Made by a program: the position numbers and the translations under genes. From Catajapyx aquilonaris (taxonomy: Eukaryota): 64,000 bases of DNA. The stretch covers positions 62,001-126,000 of the forward strand of contig KZ538025.1 of assembly GCA_000934665.2 (NCBI GenBank), in the 5' to 3' direction. How positions within the stretch are numbered: position 1 is the stretch's first letter; each line of letters begins with the position of its first letter. Below are positions 28,701-42,500 of the stretch, one piece after another. Under the pieces are notes generated by a model. That model was not told the origin of the DNA. It searched no databases and saw only the letters and a program-made list of their open reading frames with translations.

Positions 28701-31700
28701 TAACTCTGAATGGGACGGACCGCCGGAGGGATTTGGTGCCTTCAAAGGCGGCCCACTGTTGACCTCTGGGACCGACGGTTGAGGACCGATCGGGAGCTGT
28801 TGTAGATAGCCTCATTAATGCTTTCACAGTTGGGGGACTTGGGGGAGCTTTTTTTTTTTTGGGATGGGTCAGTCATGTGACTCCGCAATTTGCATGTTGT
28901 CAAAGGGGTCAATATTCAGTGTAATCAGATGGTATTAGGCAGAAAATGGCTATTAGTGTTTCATAACACTAGGTACATATTATTACACCACAACATTCAC
29001 GGAACCCCTAAAACGTGACTCCTACTTAACCCACCTTCCAGGAGAAAATCGTCTGGCGCCACTAGTCTTCCCAAATTCCTAGAACGCTTCAATTTATTAT
29101 TAGTTCCTCTATTATCCGACCCCTTTTTGCTACCGATCGCACCCAATTTTTTATAGCGCCCCCCATAGTGTCGGCACTCTCAAAAGAAACAGCGATAAAA
29201 GCCTCGATTGATAGCACCGGACGTGTCGACAGGTTGGAAAACGTAGAGTAAATAGCGCATTACGATAAGTAAACGGTAAGTTTCACCACTGTTGCAGATG
29301 GGTGAAAGCCAAGGTTGCATATTTGTCACGGCGAACCAATCTGGGGTGCGATTGACCCGAATTGGAAGCCTGGAAGAAACCGTGGGAAAGAAGCTAAAGG
29401 ATTCATTGGGGTGGGTCGGGTCCTTCATGCCGACTTATCCGCGTCAAAAAGTTTTATAGTCTTGTGAAAAGCCGTGCACTTTGCCTACCGACTAACGGTC
29501 CGAACCGAATTTTTAGCCTGCAGTCACTGACCTACATCCCTCTGATTCGTCAGAACTGTTTCCCCCTCTGGTTTTTATTGAGGCTGTTGATACACAGAAG
29601 CATGGTGGATTTGACGCATTTACTCAAAATCCCGTTTTCCAGGTCAGTTTTATGCTGCTAACGGTGCTGATTGCGTAGCTTTTTGCCTGGAGACTCCGTA
29701 AGATGGCACCATAGTGTAAAGGCCACCTAGCTTGGTTTATTGTAAATAAGCCCCGTTGGCTCTGGAAGTAAACTCCTGAGGACACGCATTATTAGCGTGG
29801 ACAGGAGGAGATTGCCCGCCTTAATTGCGAAGCTGCTGCGTCCCGGGGAAATGAAGGCGTCCAGAATTGTCCGGACGTGAGCTTGGGCCGAAAAGCAAAC
29901 AGTAGTTTGGGCCCAACCTCCGACCTCCTCCCGCCTGCAAATGGGTCAACATCCAAAAATTTCATTTCATCAAGCGGGCGCCGAGTGGTGGCTGGCCATT
30001 GGCCATCCGGCGGCATCACACCCGACGCTTCACCATCGCCCAAAGTCAATGTTATAAAACCATAAAAGGGGGCGCTGACGAGCTTCCACGAGATGAGAAG
30101 CCAGAGCTAGACAGGGACTCCAAAATGTCACTCACCAGCTAGATTACACCAAATATTCTGGAAAAGTTTTAAAAACATGTAAATTAAAAATAAATTTAAT
30201 AGTTGACCCTACTCTGTAAGGTATATATGTAACCTCTATGTTGTTACACCTTGAGTTATACCACTAGGGACAATGTCATTGGTGGCGTCAGTTCATCCCT
30301 GGATTGCTGTTCTTCCTTATTGCGATGAACCAGTTTACGATGGAGCAAACGGATTAGCGTTGGTGCACTTTGGTCATCCAATTGGGTTATGTGCAAATAT
30401 ACCCGGTGGCTTCATCAGACCCAGGAGGATTAGATGACGCACCCGGATATTTGTGCCTGGTTGTGTGTACGTAGTTGTGTACAGTTAAACTTATGCAAAT
30501 TTTGCTCCTATGCCAGTAGAGATTCTCGCCTGTTTATACCGGAACTCGATGTAAAAGGTGTTCCATGAAGAGCCTCTCCCCAGTGTGAACAGGTGCAGAA
30601 GGCCAAGTCAGCTTCCTGGAACCACTTCCTTTTCTAGATCTTGCCTATATGCTACCTTAACAGCTACCGACCATTGTTTACGCATTACTAGGGTTGATTA
30701 CCTTCACACGTCCTCTGCATTCAACTGCCACGATATATGTTAACATAATTCTGAAATAATCTGAGAAAGCAAATAAATGTGAACATCTTCCCTCCTTTTC
30801 TGCAGGGAAAAAGACTGCGTGTGTGAGTGCAAACTTCTACACCGTTTTACTATATGCTAACAAGGGAGGCGCTTCTCACAATTATTCTTCACGTATCGTT
30901 TGAGGATTTTCACACAATCTGATTCCATGGATGGCCAAGGCGTAAAACCCGCAGGAAGTCCCAAGTATGACGTATATGGTAGCCCCTCCTATTTGCGTTT
31001 CTGAAGTCATCAACTTCTTTTCTCTTTGTCTTAACTTGGTGGTGGTTTCCGGGGGCCTCCTGGATAGATCATGAATTCATTGTTCTATGGGCGGGAAAAC
31101 TTCAACCTGCTGACAAGTCGGAAACTTGCGATTGAAAAGTCAAGGGAGTGAAAATATTGAAATGAGAATGGGGGGGTCTAGCGCGTGATCCGAAATTTTA
31201 AGAAGGTCCTAAAAGCAGAACCCCCGTCAAGTTGGTCCAGGCTTATGTCTCCATTTTCTTTTCCTTACGAGGCGAGAATGGTAAAAATCTCAGCGGGAGA
31301 ATTAGCCGAGACTTGAGTCGTACTTTGGAAAAGATGGAGTAATGACTGTCGTTTGACCGTTTTTTACTCCTCTTCTTCGAAGGCCAGGGCTTTCCAAACT
31401 GTTCTGGCAGATTGGTCCAGAATCGTAGGATAGGCCTCCGCCCTTGAATGTCTTCAAGGCGAACTTGGTTTTATCAATCGGGTGAACTTGAGCATGATTC
31501 AAGTTCCATCGAACGTGACCTGTGGGATGTTACGTGCTTTTTGTTCTCTTTTGTGGTTGAAAGGAAAGAGGAGTTGCGGTTTTAGCCATATTTTAGCATA
31601 TTTGTGTTGAAACAATGCGGCTTTTCAGTCGAGTTGTCACTGTGAATTAGCAACTACATAGTTGTGACCCAGAAACCATGTTGGAGACCCTGACTTTGTG

Positions 31701-34700
31701 ACTTAAGGCGAGACGAGGCGGCCATTGTGGACCGGTTCCTTTAGGTCCAGGTACAACAAAAAATACTCGGGGCAAACCGAATCATCCAGCTCTTTCCCCC
31801 CCTTCTTTGGAACCCTCTGCTTGGTTCTTGTGGGGACATCTATGCTTCGGAATTATTTCAAAACTTTTCATCTACGTTCCCAAAAGAAGTAGCTGTTCAT
31901 GTTTTTATTCCTGAGAAGGCACTGACCATGGATAGGAAAGAACTATCGCAACACTTGCCACCACCCTGAATGGGAAATCACCTCCGTGTATTCTCGTGCC
32001 TGGAACAATGGCGTGAACTACCGGACCGATGACCTGTAAGAAGGAAGAGGGCAGGAGCCAAGGGGGATTCCCTGTACGTGAAAGTGGAATCGTCTTGGAC
32101 ATTACTGTACACAGCTGGCAGAACTCTGCACACTTGACCGTCACCTCCAGAGGAAGGGACGTGCTTGGAATGCAAACCAGAGCTGGTGTTTGCCTTGCAC
32201 TTGCTCGGTATGTGCACAGAGTCGTTCTTCAAAGCGAGTTTGCGTCACACTTTTGAGTGTTGAGGCAGAGAGGGCTCTTAGTTTGGCGGAACCCACCTTC
32301 ACCTGGCTAGTAAATCATCTCTTGGGCTATCGTCGTCCTCCCCGAGCATCCTGCCTGCCAGAAGAGAACCCCGCCCTTCCATTACAGGTTTGGCAGCGTT
32401 ACACCATTTCAAAGGGATGAGGACTGCCGCCCCCGAGTGGTGTCATTGCCGACTAATGTGTTCTGCGACAACGGTTTTCTCTTTTTGTGACCGCCCAAGA
32501 CAGGCCATTCCGGCTCAAGGACTCATCTCCAGCAATGCTTGTTTATCCCTTGGTCTGACACTGGAATTTGGTGGGTGTCAATGGTCCATCACAGAGCACC
32601 GTTTAGGAGCAGCGATTTGTATGACATCATCCCCGCTTTCTTAACCCCATTAGCATATTCATGCAAGTATATGGAGGGATGAATGGCTGCAGTTGGCCTT
32701 TAACCAGCCTCCTTGGGACTGCCAGTTCGTGCAAATCCCAATTTGCAAGCCGACCTCTCTCGACACCCAGACCTTTCGAATGTGCAAATTATTTTTTTAG
32801 CACACACAACCTTTTGTCAAAAAATGGACAGTATTATAGCCTAACCACCTGACCACCTGACCACAAAGTTCCAACCAAGCGTGAAACTGCCAGATGCTCC
32901 AAAATTTTCTTACACACCTTCCACATGCATCAATTTCACTCCTGAAGGCCACCAAATTGTTTCATAAATTGACCTCTGCACATTCGAAACATTACTTACG
33001 ACCACCCCGGTATGCCAAAAGGAGGCGGCTGAACTTACCTAAAAATCGGGCCATTGTTAACTGATGCCCACTTGAGAGGTCATATCTGAAAAAAAGGTGC
33101 ACCAGAAAATCCACTTTTTTTTTTCTTACAGATATCAGTGCAAGCAAGCAGCTCTCCTTGAGTCTAGAAGCGTATTTTGCATGGCTGTATAGAGAAGCGA
33201 AGATAAACTTTCCAAGGACAGATACGGGCGTGGTCACCTAATAAAATATACCTCCCGTAATACATTTGAGGGGGGATCTGGAGAACCGGCCAGGAACCTG
33301 ATTTGCCTATACTTTAGGTAGGAGATTGGAGGAGGGTAGAGGGAGGGAAGGAGGCTGAGGCAAGTTTTCCAACAGAGTAATGGGACCGGTGATGGAATGG
33401 AGCAGGACGGGTGGAGGGATGGGTTTAGAAAGAAGAAAAGAAAAAAAAAAGTTGAGATGATGCGAGATAGAAGGGGTGGAGGCTGGGTGATTAAAGGGAG
33501 GGGGAAGGAGGGGAAAACCTGGCTCCATGCGGATGCTGCAAACTGGAAGGAGAGGAAGTCAGGTGTTGCTGGAATCGAGATGTTGCGGGGGTGTTTCGTA
33601 CTGATCCAGCAGGAAGGAAGATTTGCATGAGAGGCTCAGAAACCAGTCTTATCTGCATGTTGTACTATTATTATTTTGTAGACATATGGCCAGTTCAGTC
33701 TACAAGTTTATTACTTCGGGATTGTATAACTGAAACAGTGTAGACATATTCTGATTTAAATTACTGCACACGTTACTGTCAGAGTGATATGAACAATTTA
33801 TATCAATTCAAGACCTATATCCCTGGACCTATTTGGAGTAGAAAACCGGCAACAAGGATATCCATCCTCCCTTCACCTGAGCTTACCCTCCAGCATCAAG
33901 GGTGTGGTGAGAGGGCTGGACTTCACTTTTTTTTTTCTTACTCGAGCACATTCGCATTCCTGCCTAGGGGGCTCTCTCTCTTTCCTTTTTGTCTATCTCT
34001 CTCGCCTACATCCGGGGCAGCAGCCAGCCATCCAGCAGAAGGCGCTGCAGCAGTATAAAGAAAAAGGGACGCCATCCATGCCGCAACGCTACTACTGCCA
34101 CCAAGATGCCATCCACCATGGCAACAGCCTCCGAGGCATTCCAGGGCTGATGGGGGTGTATAGGGCAGTAATGAAAAACGGATGACGAGGTCAGATTCTT
34201 GGGACGGATTTAACATTCTTAGGGGGATGCGGGCCTTCTTCGCCAGATGTAAAAGCTGCGAAATCGTGAGAAGAAGCGTGCAAGGAACGTTAAGCAGCCC
34301 TGAATGCATCCGTGCAAATTGCCAAGGGTGGTTTTTCTTGGCGGGGATGCTGGAATGGGAACGGGTTTCAGGCAGACATTTTTTCGGGAAAGTTTTCTCT
34401 CCAGGAATGAAATATATAGGATATGAAATCGCTCTATGTGCCTTATGATTTATAGGAGGCACGATCTTGCGTCAGGACATGGGAATGCGTTGAGGACAAC
34501 AGGTGGGTTGGCAAAATTTACCTGGTCCAGACATGCAAAAAGGGCACTGATTGACACCTCAAGGATAGTACTGTCCATATCCTGTACTAGACTGCATGGC
34601 ACATATCTGTCATATGTGGTGCAGGAGAGTGACGGACAGGTGAAATATAACGGCTAAGAGGATAATAAATTTTCTGTGCATGAACGGATAATTAATGATA

Positions 34701-34773
34701 GACAGAAACCAGGTTTTCAAATATTCTTGATGTTTGAAAGCGGTAGTACCTCTCTACATTGTTTTAGACTGGT

Positions 34774-34892
34774 TTTATTGCCTGCTTGAAGCTTTTTATA
34801 TGCACAATGCGCCATTCCTGTTACTAAGCCGAACTCAAAAGGTAGAAATAACAATTCCAAGACAAGTAAGTTATTGTACAACATGTTTTATT
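34774..34892 (-). other. Candidate polyadenylation signals for bowl (AATAAA at 34892-34887 and 34779-34774)
   Basis: Two minus-strand AATAAA hexamers 530-650 nt downstream of the stop, in AU-rich sequence. Confidence 0.4.
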
Positions 34893-35422
34893 ACTTCAAA
34901 GCAAAAAGATACTGCATATCAGGAGATCTAGTCGCGTCCACTGTTCCGAGTTTACAACAACGTGATTGTGGTGGTTTTGTTCGTACATATAGAATATACC
35001 CTGAACAAACTGGACTACTGGAAACAGCTTTCTACTATAGCTCCATCCAAACGTAACATTAAAACTGTACATCAAATGCGAAGAATACACTTTAAACTTA
35101 ACCGAATCAAACATTTAAAATACACATCCTACATACATCTCATCCACTCATGGACTGACGCACTCACACAAGCACACCACACATAAACACAATTTGTATC
35201 ATTCAATGGTCTTGTCGACCCCACTGCGTACGTATTTGGCTGTCGTATGAGCAGCAATTGCACAAATCGCTACTGCGGAACATGATCTAACCACCAAACC
35301 GAAAACAAACAACAAACCGAACTTCAAAACAAACCAAGCCACTCCTTCACTTTTCACCGGTACTTGTCACAGTTTAAGGTTATCACAGGTGCTGAGCGAC
35401 CACCGCAAGTCCTTGCAGTCTC

Positions 35423-36524
35423 TCATCTTCGCATGATCTCGTCAATAGTGAAACCGTGTTTCGGTGGGGTAGGTCTGCTTTGTACTTTGGGAGGCGGGAG
35501 ACCACTGGTGTTTAGGAGACCGAGACCACTAGGCCCTGCCTCGGATAGACTGGATGTGAGGGTGCTGGATGATGATGGAGAGGCTGTAGGAGGATGCCTG
35601 TGCTCAGGACGAGTGCTAGGCATCATCTTGTACGACGTTGGGGTTTCACTGTCCGAAGGTGGCTCCTTCATGGCACCACTCATGGAGAGATCCAACGTCG
35701 CTGATGGTGGGTACAGGTGGAGGGTTCTTGGAGGGGCCAGGGACAAGGGCTGGTCTGGATGTTGGAGGGCGGAGGAGGTGGGGCGGATCACAGAGGCGGC
35801 GATGGAGGTAGCAGATGGTTTGGTGTCCACTGGTTTGTCGCTGTCCTCGAGAGACACCAGGGTCTTATGAGGGTCATCTTTCACGTGGGCTTCTGGAGGG
35901 GAGGGCGAGTCCTGCAATCCGACAACGTCCACGTCCTCCACGTCTTCGTCGTCCTCACGCGAATCACTGTCATCGTCGTCGTCGGACACCGCGTCTGCAC
36001 TGGTTATGGTAGCTGGTTTGTCCATACGGTTGAGCCCGCGGTAGTGATGATGCCTGACATAGGCAAACGGGGAGTGTCCGATGTCACCCGGATGAGACCA
36101 TGGCTCTCGACCGTCGCGTGGCATGTACGACGTCGACGGTCCTGGCGAAGATGTGGAAGCTGCCGAGAGGTCCTTGTGTATGGACTCGGGGGCGTTACCA
36201 GGATGGAGGTTGCAGGAAGGTCCGGCACCATCGGCTGATTCTTCCGGAACGTCGCCGACAGCGTGGGTCAATGTGTGTCTTCGCAGGTCGCAGTTCCTCC
36301 GGAAGACTTTCCCGCAGGAGGAACACTCGTACGGTTTGTGGTCAGTGTGGGTGAGCAGATGAGTCTTGAGGTTGGAGCGTTGGTTGAAGCTCCTGTTGCA
36401 CACGGGGCACTTGTGAGGTGACTCTTCCATGTGGAGGATCTTGTGGACAGCCAAGGTTCGAGACTGGCAGAATCCTTTCCCACATTCGCCGCACTTGAAT
36501 GGCTTTTCCTTCGAGTGGATATAC
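35423..36524 (-). CDS. bowl: brother of odd with entrails limited (Bowl), last coding exon: end of ZF2, ZF3-5, acidic/Ser-Pro-rich tail, C-terminal eh1 motif
   Basis: Acceptor ccttgtctctcctacag|G at 36526-36525. [11 protein letters not shown]...[10 protein letters not shown]...[31 protein letters not shown] matches Drosophila Bowl features as recalled. Ends [10 protein letters not shown]. Confidence 0.95.
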
Positions 36525-39500
36525 CTGTAGGAGAGACAAGGACAACGGACGTTAGCATTGTCAGACCTGAACAGCGGTTGACACACTTATTTTATACACT
36601 GCTCCAGAACAGTCAGATCCACTGATACATTTCTTTTTCACATAGCCCATGCCATTCACCTATGCAAATGACACGACACTAATCACCATCTTGCCCAATG
36701 TTATGTCGCAAGGTACACATAAACGCGACTTAAACCTTCCTTTAAAAAAAATCGACGCCGCAAGTACTGTAAATTCCTCCTACGTAGTAAGCTCTCATAT
36801 TTCAAGATTACATTGCGTCCTCTTAGTAGCAGCTTCGATGATTAATAATGGATGCGGATAACCCACGCTGCTTTTCCCATGTTCTCTCGCCTCTCGTCTC
36901 GGGGGGCAAGTAATCCCAACTGGCATGACCACTGAACCAAGAGCTAATCTCTCGTGCAAATGGGATCGGCCAGCTATCTGGTCCGTTCATTCCGGCATCC
37001 AACAGGCAACAATACATCTATTAATCATTCCCTCGAGTATGTTCTAGGTACTTTAATTGCCCCCGCAGATTTTACGCTCTTGAATCACGGAAGAATTGGC
37101 ACACCTTAGTGGCTGGCACGGTTGGGTTGGCATCCCTGACGCTGTACTCAGGCCCTAAGCCATAATTCGAAAAGTTACAGCCAGCTAAAGAAGCATTTGC
37201 ACCTGCAGGCGAAACCAGCACAAAACCTCATCTGTTTCGGTCCCGGGGTTCGGGCTGACCTTGCTTCACGGTGATGAGGAGGAGGATGGCGATGAGGAGT
37301 GCTTTGGAATTAGTTCAGACCCCCTTCCCTTAATTGGCCTCAGGACTGGTTGGTCCTCTTCTCAGGTGGAAGAAGAAGGAGGAATGAGCGTGGGCGTCAT
37401 AGCGTGCCCACCAGGTGGACACTCGAATTCAGGAATAATAATTAGTAATTACCGTGACCAGTCTTTAGTCTTCAAACGCTTTCCCTCTTTGCATTTTCAA
37501 TTTAGAAGCCACCTTTTTTCATTTTAGCATAAACTGGACAGTAGGTGTATATGCGAACATTGTAGAACTCCTGTCAGTCCAGTGGCGCCAATTCAAAAAT
37601 AACATCACGAATTTTCATGTGAGAGGAGCCCAGAAAAATCTCTCTCATCAACTCAGCTTCTAGTGCTCCGGCTGCTTCTTTTCCATCCCTCCTTCATTCC
37701 TTCCCTGGCCTCCTTTTTTTTCTCCTTTCGCCCCTCTACCTTGGAAGTTAGGGCCCCCAGAGCCTTCATTATATTACGTTGGCCTTGGTTTTAGAAGACA
37801 CGGCAACTTTTGTAAGCACTCCAAGCAGGAGAGAAAAAGACGCTCCCTCAGATCCTCCTCAGTGGTTTTAGGTCTGGACGCGACACCGCAAACCCACGAA
37901 CAAACCATTTGCACTTTGCAACGGAGGTTATGAAACCCTGGATGTCTCGAACAATGAAGGGAAACGCCACTAAAGATTTTTCATTACCTAAGAGGACGCA
38001 GTGGTGCCAACCTTTGCTATACACCAGATGTGTACCTAGCCCAATCTGGCCGATTAGCCTTGGTCTAATCAAGCAGCCTTAGGTACCACGTTTTCCAATC
38101 TTCCAAAAACTCTTGCCTGGACCCGTTTTTCCCGTTGGCGTGTATGTGGGGCCTTGCATGTCCGTACGAAAAGGGGGCGTCTCGCCAGCAATTACCCCCC
38201 TGGTGAAGTACTTTTACACGGTTACGACGCTTGCATGAGAGCAGAACCTTTTGTCACTATAGAGATGACTGTTGATGTAACAATCGGGAGCAGGAAATGC
38301 CCAAAATTCTATTGTATGTAAACATCCATGAAATATTGTACTTCAGCCATATTTATCATACGCCTGATGAAGTTCGTATGGAGAAAACAAAAGGCTTTAC
38401 CGCTGCCGCATTAATCAAACTCGAGAATTTAAATTTTTTTACTCGCATAAACACATTCTTGGGCCACGATTTATGAAAATGCGGGCGTCTTGTAAAAACA
38501 CGTTTCTTTTTATTGCTTGCTATTTTGAAAAGAGCGGTGTGGCGCGTCCCTTAATGAAGTTGTAATGCCCGCCTCTGACAGTGCAAGATAGTTGCCACAT
38601 CCAGTCCGGACATTGAAATATCGTAGCCTCAGAGCAAGTCAGGTCGTCCATTTTGTTCTATCCTTATAGAAACACCTTTTTGTTTATACAAGCCTCCTCT
38701 GATGATAGGCACTTGGAACCGGTGTCAAAATATTTTCTCTACCAAATTAAGGAATACGCGGTAGCCTATGCATAGGTTAGTGCCGAATCACTCTAAGGAT
38801 GGGCTAAAACCGGATTTCCGGCCATTTGCTCGACGGGCATGACTGGAAAATGGAACGTGCGAGGCGAAAATCGGTGTTACGCTTTGCAGGTTCTAATGCG
38901 TTGTTAAGTGGACGGAAAGATGTTGTTGAGAGTGGGTGGGTGGGGAAGAAAGCGAAGAAAAAAAAGTCGTGGGAACAGCAAGAAGATTTTGTGGTAGAAT
39001 TAGCGCACTTGAAAGCTTTACAATAAAAAAGGAGGGGGCGGAGACACCCTGTCCACTCGGGCATTGAAGTCTTCTAAGGCTCGATTAACATAACAGGTGG
39101 CAATCCGGGTTAGAAGACTTCCAGGGGCCACAGATGACACGGGTTAATAGTTGAGACTGCATCCCCACCCTTTTATCAAATCCAGGTGACGCCTCACCTG
39201 GCTATGCAAAACCAGAAGGTGCAAAACAGTTGGTAAGCAAAGACAGTGGCTTCCATCACAGCCTGCTATTTTTTTAAATTGAAAACTATGATGTATATAT
39301 AATAAAATTTAAAAAAGCACAGTGCCAGATTCTTGAATACAACATGTCTAAGATGGTAGCCAGCAGGTGAAACCCAATTGCATTCCAGGCGAGAGAAAAG
39401 TCATGACGAATAGAATGGGAAGGCATGCCACACGAAAGAAATAACATTGTATTGAAGAGGTAACCCCCTTTCGAATCCCCAGGTTTGGTAATCTCTGTGT

Positions 39501-42500
39501 CGGAGGAGATTATGAGCCGCTGGTGGTATAATAATAGCATACCATGGGGGGTATTTTGTGCTGTGGGTGGGGCAGATGTGGGGCACTTCTGTATCCATTT
39601 TTTTGCCCCTTTTTTGTATTGTTCTTTTTTTGTAAAGGATGTGAGATATAGTTCTGGGACTGTTCTCACAGTGAAAAGAATTCAGGTGGCCTAAGGGAAT
39701 AGAAGCCATGCGTTTTGACAATTATTTTTTACGTTTGGAGAGAACCTGAGCTCACGGTGTAGTCATGCTATTTTGTTCATAATGCGATATTATCTTATTC
39801 TCACAGTAAAAGCCGCACAAAGTTCATCTAGAATGTACTGCTTTTATTAAAAAGAGAAATATGACTACGGTACATCTGTGCAGGATGGTTTATGGAACAG
39901 TCGAATCCATTACGGTATAAACTTCCAAACTTTTAATTGGGTATTCTGAAGAGAGCAAGATGGTGGTAAAAAAACGTATACTTGTACCCCAGGACATCAT
40001 AATGACATTATCAAGTCATTGCCCACCTGAATATTAATGGTTGCGCCCCGCCCTCAGCCTAGATGGAACACCTGGATAGCCCCTGGATGGAGTTTCCTAT
40101 CCTTTGGCATTTAGGGAATAAATTTTGGAACCTTGGCCCAACCAATCTTTTTAAACACAGGGGACTACGCATAAATACGCTGATGATATGGAGAACCTAT
40201 ATGCATTTGAACATGGTAGAAAGTAGATGTCCTAATATTTTGAGGGGCTACATTACGGTGTATTTAAGGAATACTTGCGAAATATCGAGGTTGATTACAA
40301 AATTTTAATGGCCGTACTTTCTGTAGGATTCCTGCCAATGTGGGAAAATATTTACCTCGCGCTGTGTTGCAATAGTAACACTACTATTTTAATGTGTAAC
40401 AGTATAATTGGTATAATCAATTCACTATAGTGGTGTTCAACATGATTCCCTGTATGACTAAAAGGGAGAGTCAGCGATATAAAAATTATTCGTTAATTTT
40501 TAACGGTGTTTTAAAGGTGTCTACAGGTGATAAAATTTGACTTTCGAGGCCAGTAAAACAATATGAGTTATGTGTAAGTTTATATCTTGGTACATCCAAA
40601 AGCACTACTGTTGAACTACTTTCTCAAGCACAGAAGAGACTTTCCAGTCTTGTAATTTTACGCACAATGTAGGGTGTAGCCCTCAGCGCATATTAATGCT
40701 TGATTTCAAAGTACAGTAAGTAACCTATTCAACAACCAACTTTTAAACAAAGCCACCATTAAACTTTTAACAATCTTTTAGTGCACTTTCATATGCACAT
40801 GTGTGAAGAAAAGCGTTAATATTTTCTCAAACTTCCTCGACTATATACCACTGGCAATGACCCAGTTCTCCATTATTTCGTAGCTAACTCCTTATCAACT
40901 GACTGCAAGCTTCAACCTACCATATGGCCTATATTGTTACGCAACAATACATATTTCTCATGAACTCCTCCTCACCCCGGATCCACCCTTAAAAAACTGC
41001 AGACACAAAAAAATCCGGGCGTCCCAGCAGCGCCCTCTCAGCATGGAGCGTGATAATTACACTAAAACATTCTGCAGGGTGGTCAGGTTTTTGAAGAAAG
41101 ATGGGCAGGGATGATGCTGGAGCAGGTTCTCTCCTAAATGCCTTTTGGCCGAAAAGGAATTTGATTGCATCTGGACCACGACGGTGGGTCCCATAGCCAG
41201 AGCAGCGGGTGTCACAAATTCTGTTCCTGTACAACAGTTGTCCGGGCATGGTGTGGAAACCAGCATTTTCTAGCATGATGTCATTCTGTGCCCCCCATCA
41301 TATCAAGGCCCTCTGGACCACCCCTATACAAAAAAGGGCGCGAGGTTGCCTTAATTCCCTTGTGACTCAACAGCCGACTGGTGACAAACTAGTCCTAACA
41401 TTATGACGCGCCTACACAGTCGCGTGGCGTTTGACAAAATGAGGAAATAATTGTCCTCATGAGTCAAGTGGTCATGCCTATATTTTTTGGGGGGGGTGGT
41501 GGCAACAGTGGTGCGGTAGCCTTGCTGTGGGAGCAAACCAGGTAGACGAAGAAGGTGGAGGAGACCCTGCCTGGCTTGCTTGCTTGCCAGGAGGTCATTC
41601 CACCCTCTCTTTCTCTCTTTTCCTCTCCTCCGTGATTGGGAGTGGCCCGGGGATTGGCTGTACAGGGATGACGTTCGGAATCGGGTACCAGATTTTTTTT
41701 TTTTTACCTTCTACCATACCACAGTGGACTCCCTTTTTGCACCTTCCACACCCTACCACTTGGCAGGTTGGTAGGGCTGGGAGGTGAAATTTGGAGTCGA
41801 CAGAAACCTTCGGGCAGGCCGCTTTCTTTCTTGGATATGGTGGCGAAATGTAGGGCTTGATACCATATCCAGATGAGAGGGGGACTGCACAGAAATGCGG
41901 CCAAATGGGAAGGGGATTTGGACCACTTGATAATAGGCATACAACTATTGTCCAGCTTCCTGTTTCAGGTGGAAGAAGAAGACACTAGTAGGTAGTCAAC
42001 CGATAAATTGTAACATTTCATCCCAAAAAATTGGTTCGTCTGGTTCCCATTGGGTGCAGTGAATCGTGACCTCCTGCACAACTTTCTCAGCTTGTTTCCT
42101 TCCCCACCTGAGAGTCAGTCAGCCACGTCAATCGTTTGTCCTCAGCACCTCTACAACTCTTGGTCACATTGGTGGAAAAAATAAAGAGAGAGAGTGCCAT
42201 ACAATTGTGGCAATATATCTTCGGGCATCAATTGCACAGTCTGACCAGGTATTGTGGAAATTGGCAATGGTCGAGCGGACGCTAACGGGAACCGAAGGTT
42301 TAATTGCTTCGTTCCGCCATGTTACACTATGGAAAACCCACTGAGTTTTGATGGCCACGATCGCCTCCAGTTCTAGAACCATCCTCCATAAAAAAATTCT
42401 GAACAAATTTGCATCATCAAACAAAATTTCAAATTTTTCTGATCAACACAAATTATTTGAATTCTCAGCTATCTGATTCACCTGGATCGATGTACTCTCC

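Noticed and set aside
36525..36586. N-terminal extension [10 protein letters not shown]... of the 387-aa ORF
   Set aside because: Intronic; lies upstream of a clear acceptor that joins in frame to the 44039 exon.
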